Of a stretch of 64,000 bases of DNA, positions 1-9,765 are shown piece after piece. Positions within the stretch are counted from its first letter, which is position 1. Every line of letters starts with the position of its first letter. Location of the stretch: IMG/VR virus record IMGVR_UViG_3300020460_000012; one strand, written 5' to 3'. The position numbers and the translations under genes were made by a program. The stretch is from a virus (Duplodnaviria > Caudoviricetes). The notes below the pieces were generated by a model, which had not been told where the DNA came from, ran no database searches, and saw only the letters and a program-made list of their open reading frames with translations.

Positions 1-3000
1 CTGTTACTGCTGTTATTATATCTCCACCGACAGCATCCACATATAGTTCTAAATCGTGTAAAGGACTGGCTCCATCAAGTGTTGTGCCAGGAATATTAAT
101 TCTGTCTCCAACCTTATAACCACTTCCTCCGTTGAATACTGTTATGTTATCATATGAACTAAAGTTTCTTCTTATATTAAATGTAGCATTAGTGCCTGTG
201 TTTGGAACATTAGTACCTGCTACACTATTATATGGTCCTGTTGGTTGTGAGGCTGTACCTGCAATGGTTATAGCAGTTATCGCTCCAGCGGCTTCATTAC
301 TTACTTGTGTAATAGTAATTGTTGCATCATTAGCAGGACTTGCGCCTCTTAAATTTGAACCTGGTATTACTAACTGTTGTCCAACAGCATATCCTGAACC
401 TGGAGTTTGTATACCATCTGTAAGGTCAACAGTATAGTCTCCTTCTCCAAGTTCAACTCTAAATGTAGCACCTGTTCCTTGTCTATTTGAGCCTACAACT
501 CCTAATGCTGTCCTTCCATTCACTGCTGTACCAGTAGTAGTATATGTTAAGATTGCACCATTTGCATCAACACTAGCTATGGTACCTGTAATATCGTTTA
601 TTGGAGAACTTCCACCTAAACCAGTGGCATTACCTGCAATAGTAAATGTTTCTCCTACAAGATAGTTTAATCCGCCGCCACCTGTAACCTGATAGCTTGC
701 TCCTGTGACTTGTACTGTAAATGTAGCATTTCCGTCACCTCCTGCGGTATTAGAAGTAAATGCAACATTTGTAAATGTTTCGTCTCTTTGCGGAGCATTT
801 GTTGTAGTAAATGCAATGCCAGTAATCCTTCCAGCTAATCCCACAGAACCAACATCGAATGTTATAGCACTTGCTCCACCGTTACCTAAAACACTATCTG
901 CAATAGTCACAGTTGATCCCTGAGCATTACCTAATCCAGGAGTAGCTATAGTAATATCTTCTAAATCAATATCTCCTGCTGTTGATATAGTGCCTACGTC
1001 CATTGTAAAAGCGGCTGCACCGCCACCTCCTAGCGAACTATCTTGAATTGTAATTGTGTCGCTTACTGAGTGTCCTGATCCTATTGTTTTTACTACTACG
1101 CTAAGAACAGCACCAATAGCGTTGACCGTGATGTCAAATGTTCCAACTACTCCTGATCCAGTACTTGTACCGCTAACATTAGTATATGTGCCAGCCGTTC
1201 TTGATGCATCACTAGCACCAAAGTTAGTCATAGTTTTATGGCCGCCTGCTGGCTGTACTATAATGTCAAATGTTGCTCCACCTCCGCCTGAAGAGGCAGT
1301 AACACCTGAGTATGTACCTGGAGTTCTATTTGTAGGTGTTTGTGTTAAGTTAGTTAAACTTAGGATTTCACCTCCTGAGCTAACTGTATTAACTGTAACA
1401 TAGTTGTTATGTGTTGCACTACCTCCTGTAGGTTGAATTACATCACCTCCTAATACTATGCTATCACCAACGACATATCCTGATCCGCCATTATTTATAG
1501 TAACACCAGTATAAGTTGTGTTTAAATATTCAACATTAAAGCTTGCATTTGTGCCTGCATTACCATACGGATTATGAGAAAGTGGTGTTAATATAGCAAA
1601 TCCATTAAAGCTTAATCCGCTTATTGTTGCTGTATTAATGTCACCGTCACTATTAACAGAAGTTACAAATATTGTTGCATCATTAGCTGGTGTTTCTCCG
1701 CCTAGCAAATTACCTAGGACTTTAATAGTATCTCCTGCTACATAACCGTATCCGCCATTTGCTACACTATTCAATACGTAAGTGTTACTTGAATCTCCTG
1801 AAGGAGATATATTAAAAGTAGCATCTGCTCCATTAGCTGATACATTTGAACCGCTTATTTCAGTATAGTTTACAACATTACCAATTCTTGTATTAACAAA
1901 ATTACCGCTGAACTGTACTCCTAGTCCTGAAGCACCAGTACCTATTGTTTGCACATATATTGCTGTACCGTCTCCTCTATCAACAGCCATATTTGCAGCC
2001 AAACCTGCTGTGTCTGTAACTTGCAAAGTATCAGTGTTTGGTGCCGCATTTGCTGTTGTAGTCAAAGTTAAAAATGTTCCGCCGCCTGCACTTGTATCAA
2101 TAATTTGTGTTACTTGTGAACCAGCAGGGATACTAGCTTGTGTTAATGGAGAACCTACTTCTGGTGCCGCGCCGTCAAACGGTAAAATAGTGCTTCCACT
2201 TGCTACAGCTAATTGTGTCGTAAAACTTCCCGATGAACCATTACTAGCTATAGTAAATGTTGGCTGACTTATTGATGCTCCAGTATAAAATCCAGCTTTG
2301 CGTAATTGACAGTATGTTGTAACTAAAACTTCACCGTTATTTGTTCCTACTTTGGCCTTTGCATAATAGTTAAAAGTTTTATCACCCGTTACGCTATTAA
2401 TTACAAATGAGCCTTCTGCTCTAGCGGCTCCAACAACACTATCTTCTAATGCTTTAATTGTAATAGGTTGTCCGTCTTCAAATCCGTGTGCAACTACTGT
2501 AGTGACAGTAATTAAACTAGCACCTATGCCTCCAGTACCTGTACTTGCGTCAGTCGTTACATTTTGTACTGCTGTATTTGTTGCAGGTATTTCATAAACA
2601 CTTGGATACCCTCTAAGTGTACCTATAGCTGACCATTTAGTAGGCTGTAACCCATATTCGAAGTCAGCGTCAAGCATACTAAGAGGATGGGCAATACGCA
2701 TACGCTCAATTGCATCAGTACCAAAATCATATGGTCTTACTTGTACAACACTTTTCCCATTTTCTACTTTTTCTACAAAAACTTGTAGATGATCAGTTGC
2801 GTCATGAGAGGTAGTATTGTAATTAAAATATATTCTTGTAATTGCATCAGTTGTTTGTAAGTATGTTCCAAAATCAGAATCATAACCTTTGGTAATTAAT
2901 TTTGCTGTACCACCGTTTTCTGCATTAGAAAAGTTATATATGATTTCATTTTTTGTTGTGTTAGTAACAAGTAATAATTCGTCTAAACCCCAACGACCTT

Positions 3001-3565
3001 GGACTTTAATATTTCCTACTCCTGTATCTACTAAAACAGGGAGCTGATCTAATCCTAAATTTATTACATTTATGACTATTCCAGCAAGTTCGTTTATCCT
3101 AACTATAGCACCAGCTTCTGCATTGTCGCCAGTTGTATCTGTAGTTTGTATTACCTGTGTTTGATTACCAGAATATGCACTATTTGTAAATAAAAAGTCT
3201 CTAATTATATCTCTAATTTTTTCATATGTTTTTACTTCAGCTTGTCTATCACCATCGAATTGCGATACAGTACCTTCCCAAAAATCACTAGCGACTTTCC
3301 TTGTTTCTTCATTTCCGCCATATCTTAAGTCCCATGCCCAAGCATCGATAACTTTTCCTATTTCTGTTTCCCACTGTGTTACACTATAAGTATATCCTGA
3401 AAATCCTGTGGCTCCTGCTGTAACTTGCGCCTCTATCCATGCAACCGCTTCTTTTTGTAAGTAATATTTGTTCCCCCAAAGCAAAGCATATGCATTTGGA
3501 TATACGTATCCTGTTGCACTCATTCCTGGCTTAAATACGTAATTTTTTATTTGTGTCTTTGCCAT
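1..3565 (-). CDS. Large tail fibre / virion structural protein, partial (runs off the left edge, >1180 aa)
   Basis: Not in the ORF track. ATG at 3565 reads MAKTQIKNYVFKPGMSATGYVYPNAYAL. Gly/Thr-rich, with repeated modules such as GGSGYVVGDSIVLGG, GSGYAVGQQLVIPGSNLRGASPANDATITI and GGSVYKVGDRINIPG. In-frame antisense shadow ORFs (132..437, 705..923 etc.) are consistent with one long ORF. Confidence 0.8.
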   Translation of the reverse strand, partial: MAKTQIKNYVFKPGMSATGYVYPNAYALLWGNKYYLQKEAVAWIEAQVTAGATGFSGYTYSVTQWETEIGKVIDAWAWDLRYGGNEETRKVASDFWEGTVSQFDGDRQAEVKTYEKIRDIIRDFLFTNSAYSGNQTQVIQTTDTTGDNAEAGAIVRINELAGIVINVINLGLDQLPVLVDTGVGNIKVQGRWGLDELLLVTNTTKNEIIYNFSNAENGGTAKLITKGYDSDFGTYLQTTDAITRIYFNYNTTSHDATDHLQVFVEKVENGKSVVQVRPYDFGTDAIERMRIAHPLSMLDADFEYGLQPTKWSAIGTLRGYPSVYEIPATNTAVQNVTTDASTGTGGIGASLITVTTVVAHGFEDGQPITIKALEDSVVGAARAEGSFVINSVTGDKTFNYYAKAKVGTNNGEVLVTTYCQLRKAGFYTGASISQPTFTIASNGSSGSFTTQLAVASGSTILPFDGAAPEVGSPLTQASIPAGSQVTQIIDTSAGGGTFLTLTTTANAAPNTDTLQVTDTAGLAANMAVDRGDGTAIYVQTIGTGASGLGVQFSGNFVNTRIGNVVNYTEISGSNVSANGADATFNISPSGDSSNTYVLNSVANGGYGYVAGDTIKVLGNLLGGETPANDATIFVTSVNSDGDINTATISGLSFNGFAILTPLSHNPYGNAGTNASFNVEYLNTTYTGVTINNGGSGYVVGDSIVLGGDVIQPTGGSATHNNYVTVNTVSSGGEILSLTNLTQTPTNRTPGTYSGVTASSGGGGATFDIIVQPAGGHKTMTNFGASDASRTAGTYTNVSGTSTGSGVVGTFDITVNAIGAVLSVVVKTIGSGHSVSDTITIQDSSLGGGGAAAFTMDVGTISTAGDIDLEDITIATPGLGNAQGSTVTIADSVLGNGGASAITFDVGSVGLAGRITGIAFTTTNAPQRDETFTNVAFTSNTAGGDGNATFTVQVTGASYQVTGGGGLNYLVGETFTIAGNATGLGGSSPINDITGTIASVDANGAILTYTTTGTAVNGRTALGVVGSNRQGTGATFRVELGEGDYTVDLTDGIQTPGSGYAVGQQLVIPGSNLRGASPANDATITITQVSNEAAGAITAITIAGTASQPTGPYNSVAGTNVPNTGTNATFNIRRNFSSYDNITVFNGGSGYKVGDRINIPGTTLDGASPLHDLELYVDAVGGDIITAVT

Positions 3566-3571
3566 ATTCTT

Positions 3572-4444
3572 TTAAATCCCAAATGCTATCGCAAACGCTG
3601 TTGATGTTTCATCTACATATTTTTTGTTTGGCACTGCTGTTACTCCTGATACTGCGCCACTTAGTGTTGCGGTTGTAAAAGATGCTGTTGATGGTGTAGT
3701 TGCACCTATTGTTGTATTATCAATTGTACTGTTATTTATAGGTCCTACTATTCTTCCGTTTACACTATCGACTAACAAAGTACTGTTATCTGAATATACA
3801 GAGCCATTAAGATCTCCTGTTACTCCGCCAGTAGCTGATATCATACTAGCAACACTCATTGTACCGCCAATATTTGCATTTCCTACTACGCCCAAACCTC
3901 CGGATACTTTTAAAGCACCAGTTGAAACACTTGTACTTTGTGTAGTATTTGTGATACTAACTTCACTAAAGTTTCTTGCTTGATCTAAAACTGTAATTAC
4001 ACCATACACTGTACCATCTACATTACCATAATACAATGTATCTGGTGCAGATAAAGGAATAGTCCATGTTAGTCTTCCTGAGCTTTTTCCTTGTGCAGAG
4101 TCTCCAACTGTACTATCACTGTGCCTTAAACCACTACTATAAACTGCTGTTGATCCAGGTGTAACACTACTAAAGATTTTAAAAACTAAAGTTGTAAATG
4201 CTAAATCTATTGTAGATGTTTGATTTCTATATACGGTTATGCCAGGTTGATTATTTAATTGGCCATCAAATCTGAAATTGCCTGCGGCTTCCACAAAGTC
4301 GTAATCTGCCGCTAATCCTGCTTCAGAATTATCTACAGATAAAGTTAAAGTACTAGCAGATATATTTCCGTTAGCGTCTACTGTAAAATTAGGGCTCTTG
4401 AACCCGTATTCTGATCTAAAAGGCGTATTAACTGTCGTTGGCAT
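3572..4444 (-). CDS. Virion structural protein (tail-associated), 290 aa
   Basis: Contains a beta-sandwich motif (GRLTWTIPLSAPDTLYY) and fibre-type segments (STGALKVSGGLGVVGNANIGG; IDNTTIGATTPSTASFT). Preceded by TAAATA at 4463-4468 and a GGAG RBS. Confidence 0.65.
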   Translation of the reverse strand: MPTTVNTPFRSEYGFKSPNFTVDANGNISASTLTLSVDNSEAGLAADYDFVEAAGNFRFDGQLNNQPGITVYRNQTSTIDLAFTTLVFKIFSSVTPGSTAVYSSGLRHSDSTVGDSAQGKSSGRLTWTIPLSAPDTLYYGNVDGTVYGVITVLDQARNFSEVSITNTTQSTSVSTGALKVSGGLGVVGNANIGGTMSVASMISATGGVTGDLNGSVYSDNSTLLVDSVNGRIVGPINNSTIDNTTIGATTPSTASFTTATLSGAVSGVTAVPNKKYVDETSTAFAIAFGI

Positions 4445-4483
4445 TCTTTACTCCATATAGTATATTTAGCCTAGTTATGAATG

Positions 4484-4885
4484 TCAACTAGTTAATGGAT
4501 TTTGGTTTTGAAAGTAATTTGCAGTGTAAATAAACTTCGCACCTTCATATCCTGTTTTAGCTGTTATAAGTAAGTCAACATATGATTGATTTACTGTGAC
4601 TGACAGGTCTACAAGATCGTTGCCTAAATTGCTACGAGAAAATGCATTTAGATTAGCATAGTCTACACCTACTGCAACAATACACTTGATTATTTCTTTA
4701 TTAGCATTGTTATAGTCTATTGAGATTGTAAATTCTGCTGTGCTAAATTCACCTGCATGCCAGCGTTCTACTTGTGTATTTGTATAAGCTTGTTTCCATG
4801 GACCATTATGAGAGGTAGCACCATTATTGCGAAGAAGTAATGTTTTTTTAATTCCGTCTTTAAAGTAATTTGCAATGTTAAACAT
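4484..4885 (-). CDS. Small hypothetical, probably structural protein, 133 aa
   Basis: Clean ORF with AAGGA RBS and TAAATA at 4904-4909; beta-rich composition; structural gene context. Confidence 0.55.
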   Translation of the reverse strand: MFNIANYFKDGIKKTLLLRNNGATSHNGPWKQAYTNTQVERWHAGEFSTAEFTISIDYNNANKEIIKCIVAVGVDYANLNAFSRSNLGNDLVDLSVTVNQSYVDLLITAKTGYEGAKFIYTANYFQNQNPLTS

Positions 4886-4909
4886 AATGATCCTTTGTCA
4901 TTATATTTA

Positions 4910-6715
4910 TCAGTTATTTACTATGATTAGTTTTCCAAATTCTGGCAAGTATAGATACTCAATATCACTGGTAGCAAGTGTGCGTATTGCATCATCAAGG
5001 GTTTCTACTAATGGTTCACCGCCTAAGTTAAAACTTGTGTTAAAAATAATTGGAACGTTTGTTTTATCTTTAAATGCTTTAATAATATCGTAATAATGTG
5101 GATTTTGATCTCTACTTACAGTTTGAATGCGACAAGTTCCGTCTACATGGATAATTGCAGGAATTTTTTCTTCTACACCTTCTTGACAATTTACAGCATA
5201 CATCATTGTAGGACTGCTATCCATTCCTCGTAAATCAAACCAATCATGTGCATCTTCTTCTAGTATACTGCCAGCAAAAGGCCTGAAATATTCTCTACGT
5301 TTTACTGCATTTACAAAATCTTTTCCGTCTTTATAAGTAGGGTCAAACATCAAGCTTCTATTACCTAATGCACGTGGTCCATTTTCTGATCGCCCTTGAA
5401 AACAAGCAACAATATTTTTTGTAGTCATAAGTTCGACTACATCTTCATGATTTGCATCTTTAATTTCAGCATCATATTTTTCAACTGTGCTATAAATTTC
5501 TTGTTCTGAATATTCATATTTAGGACCTAAAAATACGTTATCTGCTCTTGCATTAACTTTTGTATCTTGGGATACTTTATAATGCTGAAGTAATGCCGCA
5601 CCCATTGCTGTGCCTGCATCATTAGAAATAGGCTCTACATAAATTTCAATGCCTTCATCTTTTAAAGCTTCTAAGTAATGATAATTAGCTACACAGTTTA
5701 AACCGTATCCTCCGCTTATCACAACTTTTTTACATCTTGATTTTTCAACAGCATGTCTAATTAGCTTTACTACTGCTTCTTGTGTTTCTTGTTGTACAGC
5801 ATATGCTAAGTCTCTTCTATTTTCTAAGTAAGTAACATCTTCCTGATCAAATGCTAATTCTTCATTATCTAACTCTGCATACATTCCTTTGTTAACAACA
5901 GCTCCATTAGGATATCTTGGTACTATTAAACTTCTACTAGTTGTTGGAATTGGTAGTGTTACTTCGTTATCCATAATAGCAGGAATATTATCGTTAGGTT
6001 TACCGTAGGGTGAAAGGCCCATAGTTTTACCTGCTTCAATAGCTTGAAAGCCACAGTATTCAGTAACAGCTTCATATGCTTTAACAATTCCTGCACGATC
6101 ATGAATAAAAGCAGTATAATTTGTATTAGGCTCGCCCCAATTAGTGGCATCCCAATTATCAACTACTGCACCTGGTATAGCTTCTCTTGCACCTATACTT
6201 TTGTGTAGAGTTTTAAATTTATCAGGATACTGACATTTGTAAATACTTTCTGTTTCCCAAATAGTCATACTATTGCCCTCGTGGGTCAATGGAAAAAACG
6301 TACCAGCTCCATCAACAATAACCGCTACAGCTTCGTCAAATCCTGATCTATAAAAAGCCATTGCCGCATGCATTTTGTGATGATACATTGCTACATCAAT
6401 TACTTCTGCTCTGCTTGATGGATCTTGTGTATGCAATAAACCTATTTTTCTAGCTAAACCTGTGTAAACATCTTCACCAGAGTAATCTAATTTACCAGCA
6501 GTTTCTTCTAATCCAGTAGTATGTGCAATTACTAAGTAATCTAATCTGTCAGTATATTCTTTTATTTTAAGAATACTAGCCAATGGTCCGCCATCGTATT
6601 TTAATCTAGTAAGTCTTTCTTCTTCGATACTAAAAACAATTTTGCCATCTTTTAACAAACATACACCTGCGTTATGTCCTCTAGCTATTCCTGCGATCCA
6701 TATTGGTTTAGTCAT
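4910..6715 (-). CDS. Carbamoyltransferase, NodU/CmcH/TobZ family
   Basis: Family motifs present: HNAGVCLLKDG..EEERLTRLK, HHKMHAA, IVDGAG, GKTMGLSPYG, SGGYGLNCVAN, DAGTAMGAA, GRSENGPRALGNRS, KRREYFRPFA, HVDGTCRIQTV, NTSFNLGGEPLVET. Confidence 0.95.
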   Translation of the reverse strand: MTKPIWIAGIARGHNAGVCLLKDGKIVFSIEEERLTRLKYDGGPLASILKIKEYTDRLDYLVIAHTTGLEETAGKLDYSGEDVYTGLARKIGLLHTQDPSSRAEVIDVAMYHHKMHAAMAFYRSGFDEAVAVIVDGAGTFFPLTHEGNSMTIWETESIYKCQYPDKFKTLHKSIGAREAIPGAVVDNWDATNWGEPNTNYTAFIHDRAGIVKAYEAVTEYCGFQAIEAGKTMGLSPYGKPNDNIPAIMDNEVTLPIPTTSRSLIVPRYPNGAVVNKGMYAELDNEELAFDQEDVTYLENRRDLAYAVQQETQEAVVKLIRHAVEKSRCKKVVISGGYGLNCVANYHYLEALKDEGIEIYVEPISNDAGTAMGAALLQHYKVSQDTKVNARADNVFLGPKYEYSEQEIYSTVEKYDAEIKDANHEDVVELMTTKNIVACFQGRSENGPRALGNRSLMFDPTYKDGKDFVNAVKRREYFRPFAGSILEEDAHDWFDLRGMDSSPTMMYAVNCQEGVEEKIPAIIHVDGTCRIQTVSRDQNPHYYDIIKAFKDKTNVPIIFNTSFNLGGEPLVETLDDAIRTLATSDIEYLYLPEFGKLIIVNN

Positions 6716-7684
6716 TTAATATCCTGTTGTTTCCATTAAGTTTATATCATTTTCAAAACAATAATTTCTTACTTGCTCTCTAAAGGTAAACAAATCTATG
6801 TCCGGCACTGATTTATAAATGCTGTTTATGCCTTTGATTATACTACTTTGTTTATCATTAAATTTAATATTTTTCTTCAAAGCTGGCAACAATATTTCCA
6901 ATAGCCACGAAGCCGCGCCGTCTGTAGAAGGATGAGGATCCCACCAATAAGGTTGCTGTTTCTTTGTAGAAGCATTTGTGTTACCAAACTTGTATACACG
7001 ATTAGAGTCGGTTAAGAATTGTTCCTTTCCTAATTTTTGTCCTTCCCAAACATGATTACCAATAGGTTTTAACCAATACTCTTTATTATCATTCCATATC
7101 ATGTTTACATAATGTTCAAATTCAGGATATCTTTCTAGTAGATTACCTTCTGCATCAGTTGATTCTCCGTCGCCATTAAAATTTAAAAAATCTGCACCTA
7201 ATTTTTGAAAATCTCCTATACTAGTCATAAACCATGTACAGCCTACAGATTTTAAAAGTGCTTGAGCAAGTGTTATTGCATTTAGTGAATACATAACGTA
7301 TGTCTGCTCACTAAAAAAATGATCTAACCATACTCTGTTATATATAGATGTATTATGCATGTTAAACATAGAACCTTTAGTTAACCAAGCCGATTCTTTA
7401 TTTTTTTCCGGAAGTCCAGAATCTATCCAAGTCTTACTAGTTTTTTTGAATAAGTGATAATCATTTCTTAAATGGGAAGACCATTGTACAATTATTGTAT
7501 CGTCTTTTGTAAATTTGTTTTTTGAATGGCATTCAGCTAATCTCTGTGCAATACCAAGATTGCCTATACCAGGAAGCCCCCAGTTTTCTGCCTTGTCATA
7601 ATCTGTATCGTAGCATAGTATTGTTGCCCACGTCGGCCAATCAACTAGAGAGAAACTACAACCGAATGTGAAAAGTCTAGCCAA
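6716..7684 (-). CDS. SGNH/GDSL-hydrolase-like protein (possible glycan acyltransferase/esterase)
   Basis: N-terminal FTFGCSFS (block I-like), GLPGIGN (block II-like), IIVQWS, C-terminal WDPHP (block V D-x-HP-like). Translationally coupled to both neighbours. Confidence 0.55.
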   Translation of the reverse strand: MARLFTFGCSFSLVDWPTWATILCYDTDYDKAENWGLPGIGNLGIAQRLAECHSKNKFTKDDTIIVQWSSHLRNDYHLFKKTSKTWIDSGLPEKNKESAWLTKGSMFNMHNTSIYNRVWLDHFFSEQTYVMYSLNAITLAQALLKSVGCTWFMTSIGDFQKLGADFLNFNGDGESTDAEGNLLERYPEFEHYVNMIWNDNKEYWLKPIGNHVWEGQKLGKEQFLTDSNRVYKFGNTNASTKKQQPYWWDPHPSTDGAASWLLEILLPALKKNIKFNDKQSSIIKGINSIYKSVPDIDLFTFREQVRNYCFENDINLMETTGY

Positions 7685-7686
7685 GA

Positions 7687-8622
7687 TTACTCGCCTAAAT
7701 GCTTATCGATTTCTTCTACAATATGGGTTTCTATTTTGTCATTCATTTGCATAATGCCTTCGTTTACTCTGTCTGAAAATTCATCTACAGTCACTCTAAT
7801 CGGGCTGTATACTCTTGAAAGTTCGCCCATGTCCATTATATTAAATGATTCACAATTTGGATAGGAAGTATTAATAGGAAATGTACTTCCAATGACAACC
7901 GTGGACGGAATACCTGTTGCATAAGCAAGATGTTGTCCTACACTATCACAGCCCACAAAGTAATCAGCTTCGGCTATTAATGCTGTCCAAGTTCTCAAAT
8001 CAGTTCCTTTAGGTACAGCAATTGGTCTGTCTACACCATGTTCTTTAAAGTCAATAGCTATTTCTCCCATAAAAATTATACCATAGTTTTTAGAAAGTGC
8101 CTTAACCATGTTGACTAAATTTGTAGGCTCAATACTTCTACCGCTAAAATCTGTTAGCATGCCGCCTTCTTCAATAATACCTTTACCAAAAGGTTGAATA
8201 ACAATTATTTTTTCTCTTTCGGTTTTTTCTCTTACTTCTTTTATTACTGTAGAAGCCCGCATAAGTTCACCTTTACTAAGCTTAATAGTGGGCTTAGGTA
8301 AGTCTCTTACACCTTGATTGTTGATTGCAATATCATATGCTTGTGATAAACTGCATTTTTGATTATAGTATTCCCAAACCCTGTATGGTTCTGGACTAAG
8401 CATATTCATATCTTTGAGCTTATCTTCGAATAAATTTTTGTGCCAATGATCATATGCTTTTGCATGTAGCACAGGATGTCCTTTAAAAAAATCAGAACCT
8501 CCCTCACATACAACTAAAAAGTTGTCATCTGGATTTTCTTCGTGAAACTTTTCAAGTGCAGGAATCGAGCAAACAACTCTTCCTGCTCCACCATTAATAA
8601 AAATTGCAGTGCTTCTTGCCAT
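7687..8622 (-). CDS. Glycosyltransferase family 9-like (heptosyltransferase fold)
   Basis: N-terminal INGGAGRVVCSIPALEKF and C-terminal ALIAEADYFVGCDSVGQHLAYATGIPSTVVIG match the GT9 pattern (lI..ad.fvg.DSg..HlA.A.g.p...l.G). Confidence 0.85.
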   Translation of the reverse strand: MARSTAIFINGGAGRVVCSIPALEKFHEENPDDNFLVVCEGGSDFFKGHPVLHAKAYDHWHKNLFEDKLKDMNMLSPEPYRVWEYYNQKCSLSQAYDIAINNQGVRDLPKPTIKLSKGELMRASTVIKEVREKTEREKIIVIQPFGKGIIEEGGMLTDFSGRSIEPTNLVNMVKALSKNYGIIFMGEIAIDFKEHGVDRPIAVPKGTDLRTWTALIAEADYFVGCDSVGQHLAYATGIPSTVVIGSTFPINTSYPNCESFNIMDMGELSRVYSPIRVTVDEFSDRVNEGIMQMNDKIETHIVEEIDKHLGE

Positions 8623-8712
8623 ATTTATAGATCCTATCGTTAGTAAACATAGTAGTTAATTGCTACTATGAATATTTAGCGACCAAAGATTTATAAATTA
8701 GATAAAGTGACT

Positions 8713-9756
8713 TTATTCTACTGCTGTTGATAATGCTGGATTATAAGTTTTTTCAGCTTCTTCAAATGCATGTGCATCTTCTGTATCTGTTGCTACACTA
8801 TTAGCTTTAGTAACTTTTTTCCAGCTTGTAGGTCTTGTAAACAATGGTGATTCTCTCCATTTTACTTTCCAAGGATCAACTTGTTTAACTTTAGTAAGAG
8901 TAACTTTTGCTCCTGTTCCGCTTCCGTTTGTTACAAAGAAACATTCTGTGTAAACTGCGGCTTCTGGATGATATAATGCTCTCTTATTTTCAACACTAAA
9001 CTCTGTAATTGCTCCTGAACCACTTACTTTAGTAACAGTAAGTTTCACTTCGTCAACTACTTGTGTGTTTTTATATTTAGGATCTTGTACTAATAACACA
9101 TCTCCGACACTATAACCAGAACCACCTGTTGGCACTGTAGCTGTCCATGCAACACCAACTGTTTCAGTAATATCTCTTAGATATGTTCTATATTCTTGTA
9201 TTTTTGTAATTAATCCTGAAGGCAAATCTTCACTGTAAAGTCTATCACTGTTCTGTAACTGGTTGTCTCTAAAAGCAACTTTCTCTTCCCATGTCATAAT
9301 AGGTTTTCTCCAAGGTAACGGAGTTACCCATTGCTCTGCTTGAGGAGAATACTCAATTTCTGTAATTTCGTAAGTATGATTAGGTACGGGATACTTATCT
9401 CTTACATATGGTGTATCTTGTCCTGGTACATCTTCTTCTATGTCAGGAATTGAATGGGGATCAACGCCTTCAAATAAGCCAGCTATAATACATTCAGTAT
9501 TAGAATCTTCAGGTCTTACTTCTACCATATAATGATCACCTTGTGGAAATGGTATCTCGCCATTAAATAATTGCTGACCTACTTCTCCTCCTGATTCACA
9601 ACGTATAAGTTTATTTGTAATACTATCAACCCATACATATACTTTATCAGGACCTTTGTAAATTACTCTTGCTTTTTTACCTAGGTCGTTAGTTTGGTGA
9701 TATATATCATCAGGTAAATCGTAAGTAAATTCTTTTGTTATTTCATTTATAGCCAT
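8713..9756 (-). CDS. Tail fibre assembly chaperone-like protein B, with an inserted fibre-type module
   Basis: Carries the motif RDNQLQNSD...DLP....YRTYLRDI typical of phage tail assembly chaperone domains. Its N-terminus (FTYDLP..YKGPDKVYVWVD) is shared with 11328..11999. Confidence 0.6.
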   Translation of the reverse strand: MAINEITKEFTYDLPDDIYHQTNDLGKKARVIYKGPDKVYVWVDSITNKLIRCESGGEVGQQLFNGEIPFPQGDHYMVEVRPEDSNTECIIAGLFEGVDPHSIPDIEEDVPGQDTPYVRDKYPVPNHTYEITEIEYSPQAEQWVTPLPWRKPIMTWEEKVAFRDNQLQNSDRLYSEDLPSGLITKIQEYRTYLRDITETVGVAWTATVPTGGSGYSVGDVLLVQDPKYKNTQVVDEVKLTVTKVSGSGAITEFSVENKRALYHPEAAVYTECFFVTNGSGTGAKVTLTKVKQVDPWKVKWRESPLFTRPTSWKKVTKANSVATDTEDAHAFEEAEKTYNPALSTAVE

Positions 9757-9765
9757 AATTATTCC

